From Pecten maximus (Eukaryota), in NCBI RefSeq assembly GCF_902652985.1, contig NC_047018.1:30132001-30196000 (forward strand): DNA of 64,000 nt, given 5' to 3'. A model generated the notes under the pieces. It saw only the letters and a program-made list of their open reading frames with translations. It had not been told where the DNA came from and searched no databases. Positions 13,746 to 26,465 of the stretch are shown piece after piece (the first letter of the stretch is position 1; every line of letters starts with the position of its first letter). Both the position numbers and the translations under genes were made by a program.

Positions 13746-16739
13746 GTTTCTATCTATTTATAGATAATTACAGGTATTGTAAATTGTTATTCGCTTATGT
13801 GTCTTTCGTTCACTGATTAATTTGTAAAGGTCAGACAAAAGATAAAAACTCTTCAGTACTTGTATGTACCGGAAACTACAGACCTTATATCAATATAGCA
13901 CACGCTGTGGGGGACCACCTGGACACACCTAATCACTGCTGTTGGCTACTCAAACTCTAATCATCAAATTTGTTTATCGATAAAATTTCGTTAGATCTCC
14001 TATATATAGATACATTACAATTTCCTTACAGATTTAAAAACTTGTTTAGATTTGTTTGGGGCTTATTTATGCAACACTTGTAACTCTCTTTAAATGATAA
14101 CAGGTGTTATGACGTTTGTCAGAAATCTATATCCATTTATAACTGTCGGTCGTACTAAATTTCAATAGACTATCTGATATATAGAGAATTTAAATGTGAC
14201 CTTTTGTATGCAATATTATGAATTGCAATTCCCAGCATTTGTCAAAATTTATTTCGAATTTCACACACGTATTAAGTCTCTTATTCAAGTCTGATTCACC
14301 GGTTCTGTGAACTGTATATTTGAAATGGTCTATTACCAATGATGTTGACTCATCATAGCATTATCATTGAGGTTATGATTGAGCACTTGGATGCTAGAGG
14401 GAAGGAAGGACACTCCGTTCTATTTTCGTAAATCAGACATAAGATGAATGATGAATGGGTTAAAAAGTTGACAAGATGTGGTTTAATGAATTGATTATTA
14501 ATTCAATAAAATTATCGGAAAGTCATCTTCTAATTTGACTTCAACATTATCTGACAGATATATGCAACCATCCAATCCTCTTTTTCTATATTTGGCCATT
14601 TGCATTGAGCATATCAGAACAATGTCTGTAGACCCGGATGTATGTGGCTGTACTGTCAAACTCCTGAAAGTTACAGATTTTAGCGATTTAAACCTGAAAA
14701 CGACAAGCGAGGTACAAGCATTAAAATAGCGAGAATACAGTAAAAACATTGTTATAGTATTCTTTCTGTATATCTCTCTATAAACTATTAATGTAAATAA
14801 AACTTGATACAAATCACACTTAAATGTAAATAAACCACAAAAAGAAACGAGACCAATGGATGAAACATTGATATAAGTAGATATATAATCGGTGAAGACC
14901 TCCCGGAGTTTAAATCATATCTATCTGCATGCGTCATACGAATATATTAGATTGATATGAAAGTTACACCTGTCCTCTATAAGTAATTCTTATACAAATT
15001 TAGAAGGTCAATATTTAAAGCTTCGTGTAAACATATTTACCTTTTAACTTCAGGTATACGTGATAGAAGAAGGTCTGTAAGCACGAGCAGTTACAATCGC
15101 AAGTTGTTCTCTAAACTATCATAATGATGATTTAAATAGCTGGCTTTTGGTTCCAGGTTCTCAAAACGGACCCCTGCAGCGTAGATAAGCCCTTGGACCA
15201 GTCAAACACTAGCACAAAGAGATGTCCAAGGGGTACTCAACGTGTCCTTGAGTATTGAGGATGTGACAAATTGACAAGTTTTGAGATTATGCCTCCCTGT
15301 ATTCTGAAATACTATCTGGTAATCATATTTTGTTCAGTTGTCATAAAAGTGGTCATAAAACCTCACATTACGGTAAGACGAGAGAAAAATACATACGGCT
15401 TCAATACATCAACCCAAATCAAAGTGACTCCTTGTCATCTACATGTATATTGTTAAATAGCACATCATACATATGTTACTCTTGGTGAAACAAAATGTAT
15501 GATTAGTAAGAAACATTGACGAATACACTGGTAACTTATTTACTATATGAAAATTAGTAAAGATTCTAATAAAACCGAACATTATGTTATGGCCGGTTAT
15601 ATTTGCGGGTCTAAATTTTTGCGATGTCTAAAATGGAGAAATTAAAGATGAATATGCAGTTTAAAATTCTCTGATCTGGACATACCAGAAAATCAAATTT
15701 TCACTAATGTTGAACCGTTACATACATGTACATGTATATATTTATATATTGGTGTTCAGTAAAAAACAAAAAAAAAAAAAAACGACAAAAATTTTACGCT
15801 ATAAATTTGCTCTTCGTTAAATTGTAAACATTAATGTACTGCCTTACCTGAAATGATTTGATCAAGGATACATAAGTGAATAGCACATTTCATTTGATGA
15901 ATTTTAGGATGACATATACATTTTTTTTAATTTCATAACTATTGCGAAACAAGTTATACAAACTTATATTAATCACGTTGGTGGGCACGGGTGGAAGCGC
16001 GCCTAGGTGAAATAGTTAAATTAATTTACCATCATACAGTTTTTTCGTCCATATGGGATTCGTCAGTGATGCTAAGGGCTAAAATCATGACCATTCAGAA
16101 GTGTTTAAGTATATGGTCTGGCCATAAAGGACAATATTTAACACTGATCTGCCGTCAATGTTTATAAGGGGTCATAATTGGTGTTTTACTCGCCACCAAC
16201 TCAAGAAGTATCCGAATAACGTTTAAAAAAAAAAGCAACAGAATATCCACAAAACAACAAAACATTTAGATGCAACCAGATGAAAACCAGATTAAACAAG
16301 GGTAAAGCATCGATTTGTTTGAAAACCCCTGGGAAGGAACAAGAACAAGCATTCAAGGTGTTGCTACAGTAATGCATGTGCCCTACCGGCACAAGGAAAT
16401 TGAATATTTCTAAATCAAATCATGGTATCGACAATAACTATTTCCCAAAGGTCTTCAGCAACCTGCACCTGTTACTTTCTCCGTCAATTGTTGACATCCG
16501 TCACATACATCCCAATAATAGGAACAAACATTTAAATATCGAATTAACTGGGACATGTTAACACCTTAGGTAAGGACAGAAGTGATGTTACACTCCAGAA
16601 ATGAAAAATTAACTATTCGGAAATGGAAATCATCATGTTGATCAGACAGATTAGTTAAAAGCTGTCCCTGCTGGTTACGATATAAGATGGATGTAACCGG
16701 CGGATGTCAAATAGTCTTATGTTGTGTTGATTTTTATAG

Positions 16740-16950
16740 GGTTCATCTGATCGAAGCTTTTGTTATTCAAAGATAAGGCATCGCCAATACTCCTTCAGGT
16801 GAGAATGATTGAATTTACATGGTATCCGTTATTGCCTTTACAAGATATCTGTTATCTGTTCTGATAAGCTCTTCATTTTTATCAGTCTAGTATGAAAAAA
16901 AAATTACTACAAAGGGGCGCAGTTTGTTCCCATGGGTATGGCAATATTCA
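16740..16950 (-). pseudogene. Penelope-like element RT remnant
   Basis: Minus strand of ~16913-16942 translates to AIPMGTNCAP, matching the PLE RT motif GIPMGTNCAP; surrounding sequence is degenerate. Confidence 0.65.
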
Positions 16951-18189
16951 AAATACCAAACAAATAACAAACAGCCCGGTTATACAAAAGTAGCATTACG
17001 ACAAAAAAGAGACCTGGTTGTTCTTGTTTTATATATTAATAATTAATTATTATAAATATTATGTATAATCAAATGTATATAATTAAATACAAATAATTCA
17101 TATATATAGTATAATTAAATCTTATTTCAAACGGTATGTAAAGGAGAAAGACAACTGTTGTAAAACATTCACTTGTGACTTTGTGACAACGTCCAGATTA
17201 TATACTTTGTACTTAAGGTGGTTTTTATAACGAAATATTGGAAATTATTAAATATTGAATTATAGGTCTTATGCACCTTCCTTCCCACATGTTGACATTT
17301 CTGTAGACCTACGACCTATGGTTCCTAGATATAACCGATCAGGAAATAGAGCGAAGTTACTTAAATATGAAACTCTGTAAAAGTAAAGGTAAGACTAACC
17401 AGCTGTTAAACACGGTATACTATATAAGAGAAATCATTCCTATTTATATAGAGATGTATAAAGTAAAATAATTATTTAAGCATATGACATAATGAAGATC
17501 AATCGTAATTAGGACTACTGTTTACTGAAATTCCCAATATAAAGCAGTGATATACAACGTAATTTCCTGGTTCTGTATGGACACGTTTTGTGTTTATTTA
17601 AGAAACACAATCTACTTTATTATGTATTGTCGATAATAACGTGTTATTGTTGGCACCGTTGTATCTAAATTTATCGTATAAATCTCATTCCTTACCTCAG
17701 CCAATCAAATTACTTCCTTGTTTACTTCCTTACGTGTACATGTATATCTTTAACATCTAAAGGTGTGTTATGTAGAGTTTATAGTGAAATGCATGTCTCC
17801 TAGTTTACTTGCAGAATCCACATTCATTGTACTGCAGTAGTCAGCTAGTGGTTGTTCCAGATTTAATAGATCTTTCATTAATGAATTAAATTCTTTTGTT
17901 TTCGAGTGGTTTAATGTATGTTTCGATTATTAGTTGAGTTCTTCATGGAGCAGTAATAATTCTGAAATGCAAATCAAACTATAAAAAAAATAATTCCAAA
18001 TCGATAAAACGATGACAAAAATTGAAAATTTAAAAAAAATTGCATGGAGACACTTAAAATACGAAAGTCAAATTATCAATTATTAAACTGAGAATTAGTG
18101 TATTGACAGAGGAAATACTAGGCATACAAACAAACATCGTACACGTTGGACTAGATGTTGTATATTTAGTCCTATCTTCCCCAATGAGA

Positions 18190-18450
18190 CCATAATGTTG
18201 ACCACAGGCTTTCCTATCAGTATGCATCTCGAAACCTTGTGTTTTTAGGTTTTCTTTCAGCAGACGACAACTGTCACGGAAATCGTGATAATGGGAGCAT
18301 TTCCTTGAACTTTGAATCAAATTGGGCATATAAATAACTGTTAGGAAACAGGTATGCTACTGTCTAGAAATGGGCAAGTAACGATTAGGAAATTGAAATT
18401 ATCACGCTTAGCACACGACTTAGTAGAGCGTTGTCTATGGATAGAGAAAG
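18190..18450 (-). pseudogene. Penelope-like element RT C-terminal remnant
   Basis: KRDNFNFLIVTCPFLDSSIPVS and LIQSSRKCSHYHDFRDSCRLLKENLKTQGF resemble the PLE DKRDDFNF.IVNFP and LIRYSRACS..DF motifs. Confidence 0.7.
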
Positions 18451-18458
18451 AATACCAC

Positions 18459-18643
18459 ATCAGAAACATTGTGTTGATCTTATATTTACTTACGTATCAG
18501 AAACATTGTGTTGATCTTATATTTACTTACGTATCAGAAACATTGTGTTGATCTTATATTTACTTACGTATCAGAAACATTGTGTTGATCTTATATTTAC
18601 TTACGTATCAGAAACATTGTGTTAATCTTATATTTACTTACGT
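18459..18643. repeat. 37-bp tandem repeat x5
   Basis: ATCAGAAACATTGTGTTGATCTTATATTTACTTACGT units. Confidence 0.95.
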
Positions 18644-18659
18644 ACCATTTGTAAGTGTG

Positions 18660-19170
18660 ATGTAACTTATTACCTTACAGTATATCGATGAAGAAGTAGC
18701 AGAGACCTTGTAAAGTCCTTCAATATCACCTATTGGTATACTGACTATCTGGTATCTTTAAATAACAAAAACAGGTACTTGATCGAATATACCCTGTACA
18801 ACTTGAAATCAAAAACACTACAGATTCATTAACATCAGCCGCTTACTTCCATCTCTACTTATAACGTAGTCACCAGGGACAGCTCACAACGAAGCTGATT
18901 GATAACCGTTATGATTTATAATTGTTAATTATCCATGCATCTCTGTTTCCCCTATCTACGGTGTTTACATGTCCCTGTTGATTCGATACTCAAGGACTTG
19001 TTCCGATCACAACGATTTCCGTGACAGATGTCAACTACTTACGGAAAAATAGCAACACAAGGTTTCGAGAGATGGAGGTTGATGAAGACAATGGGAAATG
19101 TTATGGTCGACGTACATCATGATCTCATTTGGAATATTCTATGTCCTTGTATGATATGAAGTTCGACGTG
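18660..19170 (+). pseudogene. Penelope-like element RT remnant, inverted relative to 18190-18450
   Basis: QLEIKNTTDS and SPIYGVYMSLLIRYSRTCSDHNDFRDRCQLLTEK; multiple stops and frameshifts. Confidence 0.72.
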
Positions 19171-21613
19171 TCCTATGCCTGTTGATATGCCTAACGGTTC
19201 CGTTGTCACCAACCCAGTTCTCATTTTGAGAAAGTGATCCCCGGAAGACCTAGTCATATTCTCCTTAAACCTTTTTAAAGAGGAAAACTTGGTTTAAGAA
19301 CTTTTGTTTGATTATGAATGCCTTACCTACTGACAATTTTAAACTAGTGGATTTCCTTAAGCTAAATAAATTGATGAAACTGGGGCTGAGCTATCATCTT
19401 TAAAACATTGGGAATGGTTTTAGACAGTGCTTTATTATCATGGCGTGTATACAACTATATAATGTGTATGCAATACAATACTTTTAGACGTTACGTTTCC
19501 TTCTTATATCACGCAGATACATATTCCTTTTATGTAATTCTTTTTTTTTCTTTTGTGTTTTTTTTTCTTTTGTTTTTTTCTTTCATCACATGTTATTAAT
19601 TAAAGGGACTATATGGTTAGAAAACACTATGAGAAATGGATATAAAACGTTATATTTTCTATATGTATGTTACAAAACTAACACTTTCTCTTAATTACAA
19701 AAATTAAAAGTCACTGCAACCATTTACGATATATATCTAAAAAATAAAAAAGGTAAACATTTCGGTCTCGAACTAATTCATAAATTACCGCTCGTAGCCT
19801 GAAAATGCGCATGCGCATAAACCGAGAAAAAAACAAAATGGCGGACGCAAACCAGAAAAAACGACGAGGTCCTAAAAGTTACTTGACGGAAAGTGCAAGA
19901 AAACGAAGGAAAAAAGAATCAGAACAGAGAAGAGGAGAGGCGAGAATCTACATAAGCAAAGAGATAGATAGATGGCGAAAGGTAAAGGAAGATCTCGCAC
20001 TGGAGACTGATTCTACTTTAGCGAAGCTGCTTCTTGACAGGTAAGCTTAACGCTACGGTATCATGTTAGATATATAACTACTGTATATATAATAGATAAA
20101 CGTATCCAATATTGCCATTGATAGTCCGGTATCCACCGTTTAAGCATGATTATGTTATTGAACTTCTCTACTGAAAGTGTCATCTGGTAATGGTTAAATA
20201 GTAATTGTATATAAATTTACAATAGTGACACAACGTGTTTGTTGTTGAACGCAAAGTGGGGCCCAATTGGGGGTATTCGTTCTTAGGAAAATTGATGTGG
20301 TGAATAAATACAAGGGCTATTCGATATTATATGGCGGTACTGGTGATATGAAAATAAACGACAGTGATTATAAACATCACATTTATAATAAACAGTGCAA
20401 CGTATGTTTATAAAAAATATAAAATGCATATGAAATTCATTAGACGGCAGATCTAGATTTTCATACATGTATATATCATTTATGTATTGTAGTACATATA
20501 CATTAATGATTATCATATATGGCAGCAAAAGTCCTTATTATTACCGTTTCATATACAACACAGTAAAGTACAATTAAATGTCATTTTAAAAAAAAAACAT
20601 CAGTATTGTTTTATATTCAAATAATGAATGGTATTGAAAATGTCAATTTCAGTTATGAATTTAAGAAAATATCAGATAAATCCACCACTTCAACCGGCCA
20701 CATCCATATGCATTCCACACCTGCAAGAAGATATATACCTCCACGAGAGTATTCAGAAAGTGAAGTCACTATAAGGTATGTTTATATGATTAAGTTTGAG
20801 GCAGTTGGAAATGTGGTGTAGCATGGTATGTATAATGACCATTATAATTACCGATCACACATACAGATACATAACTTCTATTCTAAATTTAGGACTGGCA
20901 TTATCAATCATTTACTGTCAATGAAGCACATTAAGAATAAAATGTATAGTGTTGGTGGGCAAACAATTGCAAGATAAACAACATCAACGATTTATACAGT
21001 TTGTGTTGATTTGATTTCTTTTGTTTTGTTTTCCAACTGTTGGTAATTCTATGACTAAAAAGTTTGTTCTGTATGTTTATGTGTGTTATTTATGTTTTTT
21101 TAAATGAATATTTTAGGTGGATGACTATCTGTTTGGTCTTTGAAGCTGTATATATATATGCACACATGTATTTATATAATGATTCCAGCATGTTTCTTTT
21201 ATATATATGTTGCTAGATAATGGATATGTTATCATGTAATTAAGTGAAGATTTATATACATGATGTGTATATAGGTTCTCTTTTTATTTAGTGGTCGAGA
21301 AATGTCAGGAGTGTTTGTGCAAGAATGTTGGAAAGACATGTCATTGCCTGGACCATCCGCAAGTGATTTTCAGTAAGTACAGTATGTACATGTACCAGTA
21401 TGTATTTGCATTGCTCATTTGTAATTCGGAGTACGAGGAAATTCTATAATATTGATCTATAAGTCAAAATGATCTCAATGCATATGTTCAGCTCAACAAA
21501 CCTCCATCTTTGCATTCAAGAAAAATGATCTGCGTCTTTTCCGAGAATATTTTAGTGTTTCACAAGAGAATTATCTTTTAGATAGTCAAACCTCTGTCGT
21601 CTGTGAATAATGA

Positions 21614-22008
21614 NNNNNNNNNNNNNNNNNNNNNNNNNNNNNNNNNNNNNNNNNNNNNNNNNNNNNNNNNNNNNNNNNNNNNNNNNNNNNNNNNNNNNNN
21701 NNNNNNNNNNNNNNNNNNNNNNNNNNNNNNNNNNNNNNNNNNNTATTTGTGTGTATGTGTGAATAATGAATCTGCTACATGTATGTGTGTGTATGTGTGA
21801 GTAATGAATCTGCTATGTATGTGTGTGTATGTGTGAGTAATGAATCTGCTATGTATGTGTGTGTATGTGTGAATAANNNNNNNNNNNNNNNNNNNNNNNN
21901 NNNNNNNNNNNNNNNNNNNNNNNNNNNNNNNNNNNNNNNNNNNNNNNNNNNNNNNNNNNNNNNNNNNNNNNNNNNNNNNNNNNNNNNNNNNNNNNNNNNN
22001 NNNNNNNN
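21614..22008. other. Two assembly gaps (21614-21743, 21877-22008) flanking a ~33-bp TG-rich minisatellite
   Basis: N runs; TGTGTGTATGTGTGAGTAATGAATCTGCTATGTA-like units between them. Confidence 0.95.
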
Positions 22009-22368
22009 GTACATATGTATTTTCTTCTGTGTTATGTATTACATAGATAAACAAATTACATTGGAAAAATGCTTTGAAAAAGTAATCAAACTGAATATAA
22101 ATATAAATACTACAGTTATATTTCTTCTTCAGACATTTCAAACATGATTGAAATAAATGATTTTTCTGAACTGCAGTGTCCAGAATCGTAGGTAGAAGTA
22201 ATATTTTTAGAAAGAACGATCAATACTACAATAAACAATTAATGTCATTTATTATATCTATTTTGAAGGAATCAACATATTCAGAAGGCCGATATCACTA
22301 CCAAAGAGGCGAGCAGCTTCATGAATCCTTTTGAGTAAGTTTCATTGATGTATATTACTGTGGGGTTA

Positions 22369-22586
22369 AGGGCTGTGGTGGCTGAGTGGTTAAGGTGTCC
22401 TGACACTTTATTACTAGCCCTCCATCTCTGGGTTGCGAGTACGAAACCTACGTGGGGCAGCTGCCAGGTACTGACCGTGGGCTAGTGGTTTTTATCCGAG
22501 TACTCAGGCTTTTCTACACCTCAAAACGTGGCACGGCCTTAAATGACCCTGGCTGTTCATAGGACATTAAACAAAACAATCCAATC
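22369..22586 (+). mobile_element. tRNA-derived SINE with V-type central domain, in transposase intron 4
   Basis: A box GTGGCTGAGTGG, B-box-like GTACGAAACC, V-domain-like GGTTTTTATCCGAGTACTCAGGCTTTTCT, AAAC/AATCC tail; target duplication CTGTGG(G/A)GTTA at 22358 and 22587. Confidence 0.85.
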
Positions 22587-23430
22587 CTGTGGAGTTAGAC
22601 CATCACATCCCAGAGTTGAACTAAACATTTTTTTGCTTTCTTGTTTTTCTACTTTTTTTTTCATTTTTTGAATGTATCGTAGGTTTTCAGCTACTTATGA
22701 ATGAAGACTGAGTATCACAAATTAGTTAAGTCAAGTATGCAATATTAGTTTTATTTTTCCAATATTCAAAATTATACCAATTTATGTATTTTAATTATTT
22801 ATAGACAAACATTTTTGAGACAAGCTATGCTGTTCTACAATAGCTCCTGTTATGATTTGTTTTCTGTTTTTTATATTTTTGTTTTCTCCTTTTATCAGCT
22901 TAACAATAGATGTCACTGAAAATGTCGACGAGGATGACCAAACCACTGATGATGAGGATTATGAACCAAGTTTCGACATCACTCTCAGGTACAGAACAAT
23001 TCAAAATTCAAAATGGTCTGTATCCGAGATATGGATGACCTAGCTCAAAAATTTTATTCCTGGCTGTAATTTGGTGTTTTTTGACTGATTTACCTTAACT
23101 TGGCAAAGATGTCCAGTTCACAGAAATCAACACTCCAGTATAAAGTCTAGGTCAAGGTCACAGAGTCCAAAGTCGATGTCAAACTTTGATCCTTTTCACT
23201 GATGAATATTTATTAATGACACTTTGAAGCAGTGTTTGTCAAAATTAAGCAATGATTCTACTGACTAAAGGTCAAGGTCACTGGAATTTGGTATGTTTGT
23301 AAATGTCAATCATAAAACCTATATGGTCAATTTGGAGGATATATTACCACAAGACATTCCGGATTCTTGATGAAGTGTCACAGTTCCGGTTATATTTTTA
23401 AATGTCAGATATTTATTTCTCCCTCAATTG

Positions 23431-24583
23431 TTTTTAGCTCACCTGCCCGAAGGGCAAGTGAGCTTATGCCGTGGCGCGGCGTCCGTCGTCCGTCCGTCCG
23501 GCCGTCCGTCCGGCGTCAACTTTCCATTCAAACAACTTCTTCTCAATAACCAAAAGGCCCAGAGACCTAATATTGGGCCTGTAGCATGCTGGGGTGAAGG
23601 GCTACCAAGTTTGTTCAAATGAATAACGTTGACCTTCATTCAAGGTCACAGGGGTCAAAAAGGCTAAAATCTTTAAACAACTTCTTCTCAATAACCAAGA
23701 GTCCCAGGGAGGTGATATTGGGTCTGTAGCATGCTGGGGTGAAGGGCTACCAAGTTTGTTCAAATGAATGACCTTTACCTTCATTCAAGGTCACATGGGT
23801 CAAGTATGCTTAAATCTTTAAATGACTTTTAGTGAAAAGCCAAAGTGCAGAGAGACATTATTATATTGGTCCTGTAGCATGCTTTCAAATAACTGCAGGA
23901 TCCATATATGAAAAGATCACTGCATTGCAGGTGAGCGATTTGGGCCCATTGTTATTAGCTCACCTGCCCGAAGGGCTACAAAGTTTGTTCAAATAAATTA
24001 CCTTGGCCTTCATTCAAGGTCACATGGGTCAAATAGGCTATAATCTTCAAATGACTTCTTCTCAATAACCAAGAGGCCCAGGGACTTGATATTGGGCCTG
24101 TAGCATGCTGGGGTGAAGGGCTTCCAATTTTGTTCAAATAAATATTTATCTTTTATTTGTTTAATGCTGTGTAGGAATGTTAGACAAAGGATTGCAGACC
24201 ATTGAAGCAATGGATTCATGATTGGGCCCAGCCCCTTTGACCCTTCAGGGTCAGACTCACCATTTATGCAAAATCTGTTCCCCTGTTTCTGACCAAATTG
24301 GGTTCAAATCCATTCATAACTTGATGACTAGTAGCGATTCAAAGGAATTACCTCTATTTCCCCCACTGGGCCCCGCCCTTTTGGCCCCTTTAGGGTCAGA
24401 GTCACCATTTATGCAAAATCTGTTCCCATTCTGCCAAGGATGTTTCTGGCCAAATTTGGTCAAAATCCAATAAGAACTTTTTGACTAGTAGCGATTTGAA
24501 GCAAATGTTGACGGACGGACGGACGACGGACGCTGCGCCATTGGCATAAGCTCACCGGACCTTCGGTCCAGGTGAGCTAAAAA
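23431..24583. mobile_element. Fused Helentron-associated non-autonomous (HINE/DINE-1-like) elements in opposite orientations
   Basis: TTTTTAGCTCACCTG + hairpin + (GTCC)n at 23431; mirror-image end (GGAC)n...CAGGTGAGCTAAAAA at 24583; internal ~145-bp repeats; a further start at 23955. Confidence 0.75.
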
Positions 24584-25734
24584 CAGAGTTGAAATGTACT
24601 AGTATTTATCATTTGAAAAGACAATGTTTACGTTCATAATAATCTTCGAACAGAAATTATTTTTTCTTATATTTGTCTTACAGAAGTACAGCAGAACTTG
24701 AAAACTATCACCAGTTGATATTAATGTATGCAGCCAAAAGGTTTGCTTACACTCCGCCTGTTTACAAGGCACGCACCATTTTGGCAGCTCTTGACTACAA
24801 CTTCCACATCGATAGAGAAACGAAGACAAATGCAGATGGCTCAGTAAGGTAAGGATTGCGATATTGCCAGTTCTGGTAGTTCCTGTTATATATTTATTTG
24901 TACATGGCATAATGGCTGAAGACACTGATATTTTGAATATCGTACTTGTTATTTTGGTCTGTTACTTCCTTTATACTCAATGTTTACATGGTTTATATAT
25001 TTGTTTCTGTGTGTTCGGATGAACTGATTGCATGACTTTTAGGATTTTCTTTTGTTTAAAGGTACCACAGAACTTACAACAAGAAAAGTGGAAGGTGGTC
25101 CGCTGTGCCCTACAAAGTGAAGAAGAAATACAGCTACATCAGTGACCTGATTTCTGCTGTAGTTGAAAAGAGGCTACTTGATAGAGAAGGAATGCATAAA
25201 AGCAAGACGTTATCGCCCTCAGATCCCAGACACATTTCCAGCGTTTTAGCCCCCCCTGCCTCCACCTCCTACTGCCACATTAGTAGAAGAAAAAAGGTCA
25301 AGACTTAAGTGATTCTAGTGTCACAAATAGGACTCAACAATCTGCTGGCTACTCCTCCTTAACCACTTAGGAGATTTCAACAAAACTTGCTACAAGGCTA
25401 CTGTCATTATTCTATGAATAACCTCATTGGGGAAGTGGGGATGTTGTTAGGTGTTGGCCCACAACAGCTACATTTGTAGCTATTATTTGTAGTATATGCC
25501 ATATAAGATTTGGGTTTCACATGTGTTTTATGTTTCAAAATTCATGTGCAAAACTAATCTACTACTTGTCGGATGGAAAATGTATGTCTATGAAAAGTAT
25601 TGTGTATGTACCAATTATTGTGTCACAAGTTTGGCTTGTTCACACATTTTGTATGTATGGTGTGATATTCACAGGTATGATGTATATGTGACAAGTTTGT
25701 TAAGTATAATGTATGCGTCACAAATTTGCTAAGT

Positions 25735-25930
25735 AAAGTGTATGTGTCACAACTTTGCTAGGTATGGTGTATGTGACACAACTTTGCTAAGTTTAATGTA
25801 TGTGTCACAGGCTGGCTAAATATGATGTATGTGTCACAACTTTGCTAAGTATGGTGTATGTGTCACAACTTTGCTAAGTATGGTGTATGTGTCACAGGCT
25901 GGCTAAATATGATGTATGTGTCACAAGTTT
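25735..25930. repeat. ~29-bp tandem repeat between the convergent Kolobok genes
   Basis: TGTATGTGTCACAACTTTGCTAAGTATGG-like units. Confidence 0.85.
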
Positions 25931-26465
25931 GGAATGTGTCTTTAGTATGGTCTGTGTATGTGAACATTACAGTGTTCGGGGATGATCATCTGTATTCATA
26001 GCCTTTTTTGTAGTGAATTCGTCTACAGATTTTATTTGGTGCTAACAATAAAAATATGACACAAGTTCTTGGATGCTCGTTGTTTTATTTGGCACTGACA
26101 CAAATTTTCAGTAACCACATTATTTAAATTACAAGATTTCTTACAATCTTCCCATGCATTATAATTCAACATTCCTTATCTACACATACATATGTAAAGT
26201 ATTTTAAAATCATCATCATCATAACAGTTTTAAAATCATCATCATCATAACAGATACATTAGTGAATATCACCACTTCAAAACATGATTATACAAACTTA
26301 TCTATGACACATCATCATCATTATACAAACTTATCTATGACACATCATCATCATCATTAAACATCCATGGACATTGGTACATAAGTGAACATATTTCAAC
26401 AATTCATCATTTACATCATACTTATCATTGGACAAATACCTTATATAACACATATATGATATCAA

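Larger units (their letters stand above)
19838..25311 (+). pseudogene. Kolobok transposase with central catalytic exons missing; exons 19838-20040, 20653-20775, 21292-21372, 22269-22334, 22899-22988, 24684-24848, 25062-25311
   Basis: All introns are GT-AG and phase 2; N-terminal RIYISKEIDRWRKVKEDLALETDSTLAKLLLD; C-terminal STAELENYHQLILMYAAKRFAYTPPVYKARTILAALDYNFH typical of Kolobok transposases; frameshift in the C-run near 25255. Confidence 0.8.

Noticed and set aside
14430-14812. Possible host exon on the minus strand
   Set aside because: A plausible acceptor exists near 14694, but there is no recognisable domain or partner exon
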